A stretch of DNA of 64,000 nucleotides, from contig CAWCNY010000005.1 of the NCBI GenBank assembly GCA_963797095.1, positions 448,001-512,000 of the forward strand. Direction: 5' to 3'. Position numbers and translations under genes: made by a program. Source of the stretch: an uncultured Chloroflexia bacterium (lineage in GTDB: Bacteria > Chloroflexota > Chloroflexia > QHBQ01 > JADMIH01). Shown in pieces: positions 39,184-51,100 of the stretch. Positions within the stretch are counted from its first letter, which is position 1, and every line of letters begins with the position of its first letter. A model generated the notes under the pieces. The model did not search any database. It saw only the letters and a program-made list of their open reading frames with translations, and had not been told where the DNA came from.

Positions 39184-42100
39184 CTAGTTATTGGGTTTAG
39201 CAGCAGATGGAGTGTAGAGGACGGAGAGGTAAGCAATCTTGGAGATTTGTGCTCTCGTCGCATCTGCATTCGGTAGGAAGTAAGGCTTGTTCCCTGGCGC
39301 TACACACGGTCCTGCTGGCGGTGTCCCACATGGGTACCCCTCGATTACTCCGTGTGAGTACGCTGTCTCTATGTACTGGTAGAATGTCGACCCTACCGCT
39401 ACGTCCTCGAACGTGTTCGTCGGTGGGTTCTCCAACGTCCAGTTCGATGGGTCTGCAAGCACTGCTGCTCCTACCACTATCTTCGTGATCTGCCCTCTCG
39501 TCACATAGCTGGCTGGCCTGTAGTACGGCTTGCTTCCTGCTCCACACGGCTCCCCAGGTCCTCCACACGGATACCCTACTATCAGTCCAAGGTTGTATGC
39601 TGTCTCCACGTGTACGTAGAAGGTGTGGCCGATTGGCACGTCCTGGAAGTGTGGTCCTCCTGTGGTGTCGATTGTGAAGTTGAAGGCCAGCACCACTATC
39701 TTGGCTAGTTGTCCTCTGGTGGTTGGGTTACCAGGCTTGAAGCATGGTGTGCCTGTATCGCATGGTGGGGAGGTTGAGTAACCGTTGACCACACCATGGC
39801 AGTACATCCACTGCACATACTCATAGAACCAATCGGTTGGGTGCACATCTGTGAAGTCGACCGGGCAGGCGGTAGCCGTAGCTGTAGCTGTTGGCACCAC
39901 TGCCGTATCGGTGGCGGTTGGCGGCACTACTGCTGTGTCAGTCGGTGGCACTACTGCCGTATCGGTTGGGGGTACGATTGGTGTATCGGTGTCTGTGGGT
40001 GGCACTACCGGCGTGTCTGTATCGGTTGGAGGTACCACTGGTGTGTCGGTGGCTGTTCCTGGTACTTGTGTGTTGGTTGCACTGGGAGCTACTGGTGTGT
40101 CGGTTGGGGTGTTGGTTGAAGGTGGAGTGGTCGGGGTCTCGGTCGGGGTGACACACCCTCCTCCACTCGTGTAGATCTCCATGTTCGCCGTCGCTGTGCT
40201 CGGTGCATACCCTCCTACCAACCAGATCGTGCCTCCCCCGTCTGTGTCTACCGCGAAGTTACGGCGGGCCGTCACGAACGGTGTGCCCACGCTCCAACTG
40301 TCTGTGCCTGGGTCGTACACGTCTACCTCATTCGATGGGTTAGGCGCGTCTCTCCCTCCTCCCATTACCCACATCTCCCCTCCCATCGTCAGCGCTCTTG
40401 TCTCCGCTGTCAATCTTGGGATTGAGGTGATGGTGGTCAAGGTGTTGGTTGTGGGGTCGTACTTGTACGAGTAGTCGGTGTCGAAGATGGTGGTGCCATC
40501 CCACCCAGACCCTCCTGCTGTGTAGATCATCCCTCCTATGGCTGCTGTCGGTATGTACCCAAGGGGCTGAGGTAGTAACGTTGAGCCTTTGAGGGTCCAT
40601 CGTGAGCCTGCTGTGCCGTTGGGGTCGAACTCCCACACTTCCTGGGTCATCCCGATGTTGATGGTGAACCCTCCAAGTATGTACAGCTTGTTGTTCACCA
40701 CTGCATACCCTCCTGGGAGGGTGTCTGTGGGGGCAGGCCAGGCATCTGTGGAACTTATGTCGGTCCATGTGTCGGTTGAGGGGTTGTAGTATCTGACAGC
40801 ACTGGTGCCTGTGGTAGCACCGGCGGCACTCCCACCGACCACCACTATCATGGGTGTGCCACTCACTGTGACCACCCCACCACCCATGTTGTTGACCTGG
40901 TTGTCAGGCACAACAGTGGAGGAGGCGGTGGACCATGAGTTGGCTACAGGGTCATAGATGTGAGGGTTGATGGAGTCTGAGCCTGCGCTGTCAGAGTCTC
41001 GACCACCGATGACATAGAACTTACCGGTGGGGGGGAAGTAGACCCCAAGCCCTCTGATGTTACCAAGGGGGTCATTGAAGTCAGGCCCAGCACCCCAGCT
41101 TGCTCCTCCTGCTATGCACGTAGGCGTCGGTGAGGGGCCCACCGGCGTCGGGGTGGCGGTAGCGCCACAGCCACCTGTACCACGATACAGGTGCTCAGCA
41201 AGCGCCCCTCCGTTGTATCCACCCGTGCTCCATATCTCTCCACCCGCTCTCCCTGTCGAGTAGAACCCTGCCTGGTTCGCTTGCCTCCCGGTCGGGAGGA
41301 GTGGTGCTGATGCGGTGAACGACCCTCCTGGCCATGCCGATACACTGTACTCGTCCACTGCATTTGTGAAGTCGAAGTACGTGCCGTTCTGCGCGTCTCC
41401 TCCTATCGCATACAGCTTCCCTCCTGCCGGGTCGTAGGCCAACGCCATGTCTGCCCTGCCCTGCGTCCAGGTCGGTCCGCTCGTCCATGTCCCGCTGCTC
41501 ATGTCCAAACGCAGGCTTGCTGTCGAGTTGGCATCTGGTGCCTCCACTTTGTCTTGCCTTGCGTTCTTTATTGAACTGGCCGGTAGGTTAGGGTTGGTGT
41601 TAGGGTTGGTGCCCTTGGTCAGAGGGGTTGCCCCGTAGGAGCCTATCGCATACAGATACTGCCCCACGCTCGTATACCCACCCAGTAGGTATGGCGAGGG
41701 GGCGGCGGTACCGCTTGACCATGTGTTGCCAGTGGTGCTGTACACCTCCACCGATGTGGACGCTCCACCACTGCCGCCTCCTACCACATACACATTGGTG
41801 CCCGATGCTCCTACTGCCGACCCATAGGTGTCGGTTACTCCTGGGACCGAGGGTCCTGTGGTCCAGGTGTCAGTGCCGACGTTGTAGATGTAGAAGCCTG
41901 GTCCATCAAAACCCTGCGTGCAGTAGATGAACCCGCTCAGGTAGGCACAACTGTTGGCTTCGCTTGATGCGGGTACTGGAGCAAGGGTAGTCCAGGTGTT
42001 GGTGGCGGCGTTGTACCTGGAGTTGGCGGTGGTCGACGCGAATGTGGCATCCAACCCGCCGATTACATACAGGTCATTGCCGTTCTGTGCAAAGCCGTAG

Positions 42101-45100
42101 CGCAGTCTCGCACCAGGCAGAGCGGCCCCTGGTGTCCATACTCCTCCCGCTACACACGTTGGTGTGGCTGTCGCGCCACCCGGTGTGTTGGTGGGGGTAG
42201 CGGTGGCCGGTGTGCCTGTAGCACATGAGCCTGGCATGTAGGTGAACATGGACCCTGCACTCACTGGTTGCCCTGACCCATTGCAGAATGCTTGCAGGAA
42301 CAACGAACCTGTGTCCTTCTGCACTCCTCCTGTTGCCGAGCTGTTCCCGTTCCCTACCGTCGCGTAGATGACGTCTATCTGTCCTGTCCCTTCATACAGC
42401 CTCGCCTCGAAGCTAACCCTCGTCCCACACACTCCTCCTGAGTAGTAGCACCCTCTCCACTCTACGTTGAAGATGCGGTTTGGTGCACTCCCCGAGACCG
42501 AGGTGTAGATGCCGTCTCCTGCCGTCGTCAGCAGCAGGTCGTCCCAGTATGCGTGTATCACGTAGTTGTGCGAGGCGTACGGCTCGCATGCATTGGTGAA
42601 GGTGGAGGTGGACGACACGAACTGCAGCGTCCCATTGGAGTCCACGTTCACTGATGAGTAGGAGTTACCGTAGAAGGTGAAGGGGAATGGGATGGCTGCC
42701 GGATTGACGCAGTCATCGCAGTTGGATCCCGATACCATGGTGGTACCTGGTACTATGGTGGCTCCTGTGGAGGTTGTCAGGGTGTAGTTAGCTACACATG
42801 TGGTGGGGGTGGCGGATGGAAGTGGTGTGTTGGTGGGTCCACCAGGTGTGTTGGTTGGTACTGGTGTGCACCCTCCTCCTCCTTGCAATGTCGATACCTG
42901 CACCAGGTCGTAGTAGGACACTCCGTCCACTCCTCCCTGGATCATCAGCTTCCCTCCTGCGCTCCCTCCTCCTACTGATGAGGCGGTGGTCACGACCGGG
43001 TTGCCGTATGTCCAGCTGTCGGTGGCTATGTCGTAGATCTCTACCGTGTTGGCCAGCGGCACTCCGTTGAAGTAAGAGGTGCCAGGGCCTCCTCCTGCTA
43101 CCGCGAAGATGCTCGTGCCGTCACTCATCAACTCTTCCCATGTCCTTGCCTGCTGCAAGGGGGCCATGGTGGTCACTACATCAGCCACAGGGTCATACCT
43201 GTACACTGTGCCTACTGTGGTGCCTCCTGCTATCCCTCCTATCACGTAGATGTACGAGCCTACCGTGATGGCTCTCCCGTAAGCCAGCCCTACAGGCAGG
43301 GTAGCCCCTGCGGTTGACCAACTGTCGGTGGCTATGTCGTACACGATGATGTCGTTGAAAGGCACAGGGTTGCCACCCACCACGTATATCTTGCCGTTGT
43401 ATGCAGCGCTCATACCTGAGCGGGCTGCTGGCAGAGGTGCGCCTGTTGACCAGGTGTTGGAGGCTATGTCGTAGATGGCGTTCTCGGTGATGTGGGTGCC
43501 GATGTAGCCACCAGGCAGGTAGATCTTGCCGTTCCAGTAAGCAGCTTGAGCGTTCTGCTTGGCGGTAGGCATGTTGGCAAGTTGGGTCCAGGTCTGGCCC
43601 GTAGGGTCCCATCTCCACAGGTCGTTGAGGTAGGTGCCACTAGACGTGCCACCACCCATGACGTACACGTAGGTGCCGTCAGAGATGCCTGTATTCCGGT
43701 ATCGAGCGGAAGGACCGGTGGTGGAGGTAGCCCACGGACCTGGTATCCCTCCTACCGAGCATGGTGTCGGTGATGGCCCTACCGCTGTCGGGGTTGCGCT
43801 AGCGCAGCCACCGCCTGCGTAGACCTGAGTGATATTCGTGGGAGTGCCGGCAGTGCCGTATCCACCCGCCACGAACACGCGCGACCCATCTGTATCTGCG
43901 GCCGCGTTACGCGCTGCGCTGGCCATGGGTAAGCCCAGGCTCCAGGTGTCAGTGCCGGGATCATAGATATCTACTTCGGTGCTTGGGTTGGGTGCTGTTC
44001 TACCACCACCCAGGACCCACATCTGACCACCTATGGTCACTGCCCTTGTTTCGCCTGTTGCCCTCGGAATGGTGGCAATCGTTGTGATAGTGTCGGCCAC
44101 CGGGTTGTACGCATAAGAGTTGTTACTATCAACGATTGTCGTCGTGTACAGAGAGCCACCGCCGATGTAGATCATCGAGCCTACGGTGGTAGCAGGTATA
44201 TAGCCCATCGCTACCGGCAAGGTGGCGCTCTTCAACGTCCATCTGGAGCCGGCAGGTTGCGACGGGTCGAACACCCAGATGGTATTGATCATACTCACGT
44301 TGATGTTGAACCCGCCGAGTATGTACAGCTTGTTCTGGTAGATGGCGCCACCACCGGGCAATGTAGAAGCAGTCGGGGCTTGAGGCCAGTTGTCACCGAG
44401 GGTGGTTATTGTATCGGCAATCGGGTCGTACACTCTCACTGCGTTGGAGGAGGTAGCTGCACCTGCCGCTGACCCGCCTACCATGACGATAACAGGGTTC
44501 GCAAAGCCGGGTACTGTCATCACACCGCCCACTATATTGTTTACCTGGGCGTCGGTGAAGACCGCCGTCTTGGTGATCCAGGTGTCGGCCACCGGATCGT
44601 ACTCGTGCGGGTTCAGGTAGTCCGAACCTGCGACATCAGTGCTGCGGCCACCAAGCACATAGAATTTACTGTTGTTTGGATACCAGACGCCAAGCCCGCG
44701 CACTACAGGGCCAGCGCCGAATGGTGCCTTGATAGTCCACACAGCAGGCACACACGGCGTAGCCGTAGCTGTAGCGCCCGAAGGAGTGTTGGTACCGGTG
44801 GGTGTGGAGGTGAGTGGTGCCGGTGTGTTGGTAGCGGCGGGTGTGTTGGTTGGACCACAAGAACCCGCGATGAAGTTGAGTTGCAACCCACCTGTGATAG
44901 CTGGACTGGCTGTGTTGCACTTGTATTGAGTGAACACACTCCCTGTGTCCTTCTGCACTCCTATCGTCTCACTCCCTGTGTCGGTGATCCCGGTCCCATA
45001 CACCACACTGAAGCTCGACGACCCCTGTGTCAATATTATCTCGTACTCCAGGGGTACGCTGTTGTCGGCGAACAGCACTGTGTGGTAATCGATGTAGAAG

Positions 45101-48100
45101 GTGCTCCCTACCTGGGTGGTGAAGATACCGCACCCGTTGGCCCAGGCTGTACACCCGCTCAAGCCTGTGTCAGTGCGCTGGTCGTCCCAGTATGGGAGGA
45201 TGGCATAGTTCTCGGCAGCTGCAGGCAAGCAGGCATTGGTGAAGGCATTGCCGTTGGCGACAAAGCCCAAAGTGCCGTTGGAGCCGACGATGGCAGTGTT
45301 ATAGGAGTTGCCGTAGAAGCTCATCGCGAATGGCAGGTTGATGGTGGTGGTGACATCATCGCCATGGTTGCTCGTATCTGTGGTGCCAGGCACAATCGTG
45401 CCTGTGGCTGTGGCTATCGTGTAGCCAGCTACACACGCTGTCGGCGTGGCTGTCGCGCCCACAGGCGTGTTTGTCGAGGTAGAGGTGTTGGTGGCTCCCA
45501 CAGGCGTATTGGTCGCGGTTGCGCAAGGTACGATCGTTATGAACGACAATTCGGTTGTATTCACATCGGATGTGCTGCCGTCATACCCGGCAATCGAAAC
45601 CAGGTAGTTACCTGCCCTCGCACCGGCCTGGAGCGACCGCGCCACGTTCAGGTTGGGGCCTACGCTCCAGGTGTAGCCCGAGGTCTCGAATATCCGTGTG
45701 GTATTGACAGCGTTGGGTACCCTGCTCGCCGTGTGCTCGCGGGCCGAAAGTGTCTTACCATCTCCCAGGAACGGGGTACCGCCGCCGAAGATCACTATCT
45801 GGCTCCCGATCACACCCGTCCCAGGCTGAGCTACCGCCGTAGGCACAGATGTGCGAGTTGTCCAGGTGTTGGCTGCTATGTCATAGTCATAGACAGTCGC
45901 CACGGCAGTACCGCCGCTGTTAGCGCCACCGATGACATAAAGGTGCCCATTGACCACCCCGCTGCCCCCCGTCAACAAAGCAACAGGCATGTTCGCCCTG
46001 CTCGTATTCCAGGTGTTGGCTACAGGGTCGTACTCCCAGGTGGTGGCCTGGGCATTGGCGTAGCTTATGTCGGTGCTGCCACCCACCAGGTAGATCTTGC
46101 CGTTGTAATAGCCTTTACCGGCGAAGCGGTTGCGCGCCGCAGGCATGGCTGCTCCTGTGCTCCAGGTACCGCCTGCTATGTCGTAGATTCGGGTAGTGGA
46201 CAATCCGTTGCCCGGATTGTCGGCTCCGCCGAACACATATATCTTGTTATTGATAGGCGAGTAGACGGTGCCCACGCCATCTGCTGCCGGGCTCATCGCC
46301 GTCAGGCTGGTCCAGGTGTTGGTGGCCGGGTTGTAACGAGCGAACAGGCTAGACACGCTGCCTGCCACCCCGTCATACCCGCCTGCCGAGTAAGCATTGG
46401 TGCTATCGCCGTCAGCGTTGGGCGACTCGAGGCTTGCCGGTAGTGGATTACCAACAGTCCACGCGCCGATTGTGCCGTTAGCCGAGCATGTCGGTGTCGC
46501 AGTTGCTGCGCCGGCCGTGTTGGTTGGCGTGCTTGTCTGCGTATTGGTTGGCACCGCCGTATTTGTCTGCGTGGCCGTGGACGTAGCTGTAGAAGCCGGT
46601 GAGTTGGTAGGTGTTACTGATAAGGTGGGGGTCGAAGACGTGCAGGCTCCCAAAGTGTAGACGTACATCTGGCCCGTAGACACAGGCGGGCTCTGGCCGC
46701 CTGTGGTGTCGCAGGCTCCAATCACGGTGTACGAGGTGGGGTTCTTCTGCACTCCCACTGTTAGCTGGCTGTCGTTGGCTACTGTAGCCGCCACCATCGG
46801 ACCGTAGATCACGTCATAGCGTGTCTGCCCTTGATACAGGCGGATTTCGTAGTCGAGCAACGACTGTGTCTGCCCGGTCTGCCCGTAGTAGTTGGTGCGA
46901 TACTCAATGTTGAATATCTGGTTGGGTGAACTCCCTGATACCGAGGTGAAGATACCGCACCCTGTGCAAGGGGTATTGAAGCATGGCCCTGTGCACTGGT
47001 CTCCCCAGTATGGAGCTATTACATACGTACCCAGAGCATTGGGTATACAGGTTATGTTAAAGGTGGCGTTGGCGGTACCGAAGAAGAGGGCGCCGTTGGA
47101 GGCTACCTGGGCGCTCGTGTAGACGGTGTCGTAGAGTTGGTAGGGGAAGGGGAGAGTAATGGAGGTAAGCACGTCATCAGCATGGTTGCCGGTATCGGTA
47201 GTGCCGGGTACTATGGTGGCACCTGTGCTGAGTGAAGTATTGTAGTTCTGCGGGATCTGGCAGGTTGCAGTGGCTGTTGGCACGTTCACAGTGTTTGTCG
47301 CCGTGTTCGTTGCAGGCACCTGTGTGTTAGTTGCTGTGTTGGTAGATGTGTTGGTCGCTGGCACAGGTGTGTTCGTACTAGTGCTGGTCGAGGTCGAGGT
47401 AGCCGTCGGAGGCCCGCCCGCCGTGTACTCATAAGCACCTATAGTCGGCGGATTGCCTCTCACGAAACCCAGGATGTCGGTGGTAATACCCGCGATAGCC
47501 TGGCCCGCGCCAAACAGCTGCGAACCGGACAGGGGCTGCAAGTCTGTAGCCGACGTGTACATCGGATCTGCACTGATCGAGTTGAGGTCCTTGCCTGTGT
47601 TGGCCTGCCACGCTGCCAGCGTAGTCGAGTCGGTGCCCGCCGAGGCGGCCAGGCTGCCGAAGCGAGTGAGCTTGCCGTTCGCGCCACTGGTGTAAAGGTC
47701 GTTGTAGTTTATGGTGAGATTGCTTAACGGCAGAGCAGAAGCCAGGCCAATTGCGTAGCTTGAGGCTGCCGTGGTATTCGCGGCCGTCTGCGTGTTGTAC
47801 AGGCTGTTGTTGCGCACATCAACTATCGGGTTCGTACCTGCTATTGCCAGCGCGTAGCTGGGCATAGTAGCCGGTGTACTGATTGCATCGCGGAAACCGG
47901 TCATCGACACCGAGTTGAAGTATATCTGCGTATTCACGCCGAATGCGTTCACGCCCACCACGAAGATTCCAATGGTGACATCACTCGGGGTGGTGCCGTT
48001 CAACACTCCATAGATCGAGTTATTGGCGATCACATTGGTGCCCACAGTAGCCCCAACAACCAACATACCGATCGATGACCAGCCGGTGGTGCTGGGTTGC

Positions 48101-51100
48101 TGCACAGTGCCGATGTAGTTACCTGTGACAGAGGAATTCGATACCTCATTGCCGGCAGGCGCAAGGCTATTGCCACCGATCGAACCGCCGAGGTTTATGC
48201 CATACGAACCACCGCTGGCGAAGGTGGCAGCTACAACCGATGCCACGTTATTGCCAGTAATCTGAATGCCATCCTGGAAACCTACATCAATACCCACGCG
48301 ACCGACAGAGCCTCCGCCAGTGCTGCCCACCAAGTTACCTGTGATAACATTGCCCAGGTTCTTAATCGACGAGCTCGCGCCTTGAGAGTAGATGCCGATT
48401 TGCGTTGTGGTGACGAAGTTGTTCTGGAACGTATTGTTGTTATTGGCGGTACCCAGGCTGGATGTGCTGATGGTAGTGCTGCCAAAACCAACACCCGCCA
48501 CCGTTGTGCTGACTGCATTGCCCACCAAATTGAGGTTCTTGATTGTGTTGTTGCTGGCCGAAGCAGCCGTTCCTATCGACTGACCCCAGACAACCGCGCT
48601 GCTCGTCCCTGTATTAGTGTTGGTAAACGTCAGGTCGCGGCTGCTGCCGCCTGCGGTATTCGAGCCGTCAATGACTACATACTTTGCCCCGTTCAGTATG
48701 ATCAAAGCACTCGCCGACGACCCTGTGAACGACGGCGTTGAGTTCGCCGGTCCCACCGAAGGCTTGATGGTCAATGTATTTGCGGCGCTCGTGCCGATTC
48801 CTGTCAGTGTGATTGGGTAAGTCTCGCCCGCGTAAACGCCGTCGATGAGACTGAGGGTAACCGGCCCGCTCAAAGCACGCCCGTTGATGGCAGCAATGGC
48901 CGCTGTCAACGTGGTATAGGTACCCGCCGCACCTACCGTATAAGTGCCGCCCGCAATGTTAGCTGGCCCTTGCCCGGTTAGCGTGCCAACCGTGAAGAAG
49001 CCCGCTCCCGTCACCGGTGTTCCTGCAACAGAAGCTATAGTGGCTCCGGACACTGCGCCGCCGATCGAGTCATAAGACCCGCCCTGCGTAGCCGAATAGC
49101 CAATGGAGTTGACCCCGCTGATCGAGGGTTCGGTCAAGCGGACTGTGCTGGTGATGAAGTTGGCCGCGCCACTGACAAATTGCGTCGACCAGTAACGATC
49201 ATTACGAATGCCGTCCAGGCCGGTTCCCGCAGAGCCGCCCGAGCTGGCATCGAACACTTCCCCGCGCACAACAACTGTGCCACCGGCGCTGGTGGTCGGG
49301 TTCACCAGTTCCAGCATCTTAAGGGAGCCCTTGCCTACCGGGAACGTATAAGTGCTGCCTACTGCAAGTGACGCCGGAAGGGTGCGCTCCAACGGACCGT
49401 TGACATAGCTGGCTGCGTTGCCGCCGGAAACAGCCGTGGTGTTCGTTGCCGTCAGGGTCAGCAAGTTAACCGCACTGGTAGTGAGCACACCACTGACGAG
49501 CGTCAGTGCTCCGGACGTGGCCGTCGCGGTTAGCGGTCCGCCCGCCAGGGTGACACCGAATTCGTTGGAGATCGAGATAAGATTGACGGTGCGCGTAGCC
49601 GGAATCTCAGGGCCGGTGGAGATGTTGCTGTTCGCAGGCGCATAGATCACGTTCAGGCCACCCGTGCCAACGTTGAAGGTAGGTGAGACATCGAGTGTGC
49701 CGGCGGGCAGAGCAAAGCCGTTGGTGGTGCCGTTGCCGCGCTGGACTATTCCGGTAGAAGCGCCACCGATGCCAAGGGTGATATTGTTGGCACCTGTGAT
49801 CGCACCGAATAGAGCGTTTATTCGCAATGTGTACAATGTCGAAACACCGGGCGTAATGGTGAGACCACCGGCGTTCTGTAGTTGCAATGTACCGATAGGG
49901 TTAGTGACGCTGCCGAACGTGCCCGTACCCGCGTAGGTCTGGGCGGGACTTGTCCCCAGGTTGCCCGCAAAGGCCACGATACCCGTATTGGAGCTCGTGT
50001 TGACAATTGCGCCATTATTGATCAAAGTGGGGCCAATCTGCACCAGGGCTTGCGCCGTGCCGGGGTTCGTATTGAGAGTAGTGCCGGTGTTGATCGTCAG
50101 ATTGCCCCACACATTGGTCTGGCCGGTCAGGTTAAGGGTCTTGGCGTTCGTCGTATTGTCGATGACCAGGTGAGGCAGCTGGCCCTGAGCGCGGAAGGTG
50201 AAGGTTCCGGCGGTGGCAGCCGTGCCGATATTCAGCGTACCACCGGTGAAGTTCATCGTGCCAGCGACGTTGTAGTCGGCGGTCGCCAACCCATTGTTTT
50301 GCACGAGGTTGATTGTGCCACCCGAATAATTTGAGATGGTCGATGCCGAGGTAAAGCCGTAGGACGGTGTGGTCGAGCAGGTACCCGCCATACAGACATT
50401 GATGACGCCGCCGGACAAGTTGACAGTCACGGCGTTGGCGGTGGCCATGCGCCCTGCCAAATTCAGGGTTCCGCCCTCGAAGGTGAACATTGCGCCCGTG
50501 CCTGCGCCCAGCACGTTCGTGCCAACAGTACCAATATTCCAGGTGCCGTCGCTCAGTCTAAACAAACCGTTGTTTGTGGGCGAGCCTGCCTGTCCGAAAA
50601 TAGAGGCGTTGGAGTCATTAAGCCGGAACGCGCCCGTTGCCGGGATTGTAAATGCGGCTGCGGCAAATACCGGGTTCGAGAAAGCGCTTGATCCCCCAAT
50701 CTCGAACGTGCCATTGGAAATCGCGAGGAAGCCCAGTGCACTCCCACCCTGTACGGTGAAGGCACCGGCGCCGGGCGTGAAGGTAAGCGTGGAGGCGTTA
50801 GACGTGCCCTTGTCGACGGTCACGCCCGTGGCCGACTTCAGGTTAGTGGCCCCGCTACCGCTCCAGTTGGCGCTGCCGGCACCTGTGAAGGTAATGGCAA
50901 CCTGGGAGGTGTCGGCGTTTTGGCTGAAGTCTATCGCACCGGTGTTGATCAAACTCCCGCCAATCGAGAGGGCGTGAGTGACGACAGCACCGGCGGGGTT
51001 AGCCTGGAAAGTGCCCCCGGCGGCAACAGTCACATTCCCACCTACCGTCAACGATTGGGCGGTAGCCGGGTCATATTGCAAGACGCCCGAAGTGCCCTGG

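Noticed and set aside
44605-46443. Long antisense ORFs (612 aa here; also 16879-17853, 4400-5338 and 37122-38027)
   Set aside because: These are shadow frames opposite well-supported genes in GC-rich DNA, with no protein motifs.
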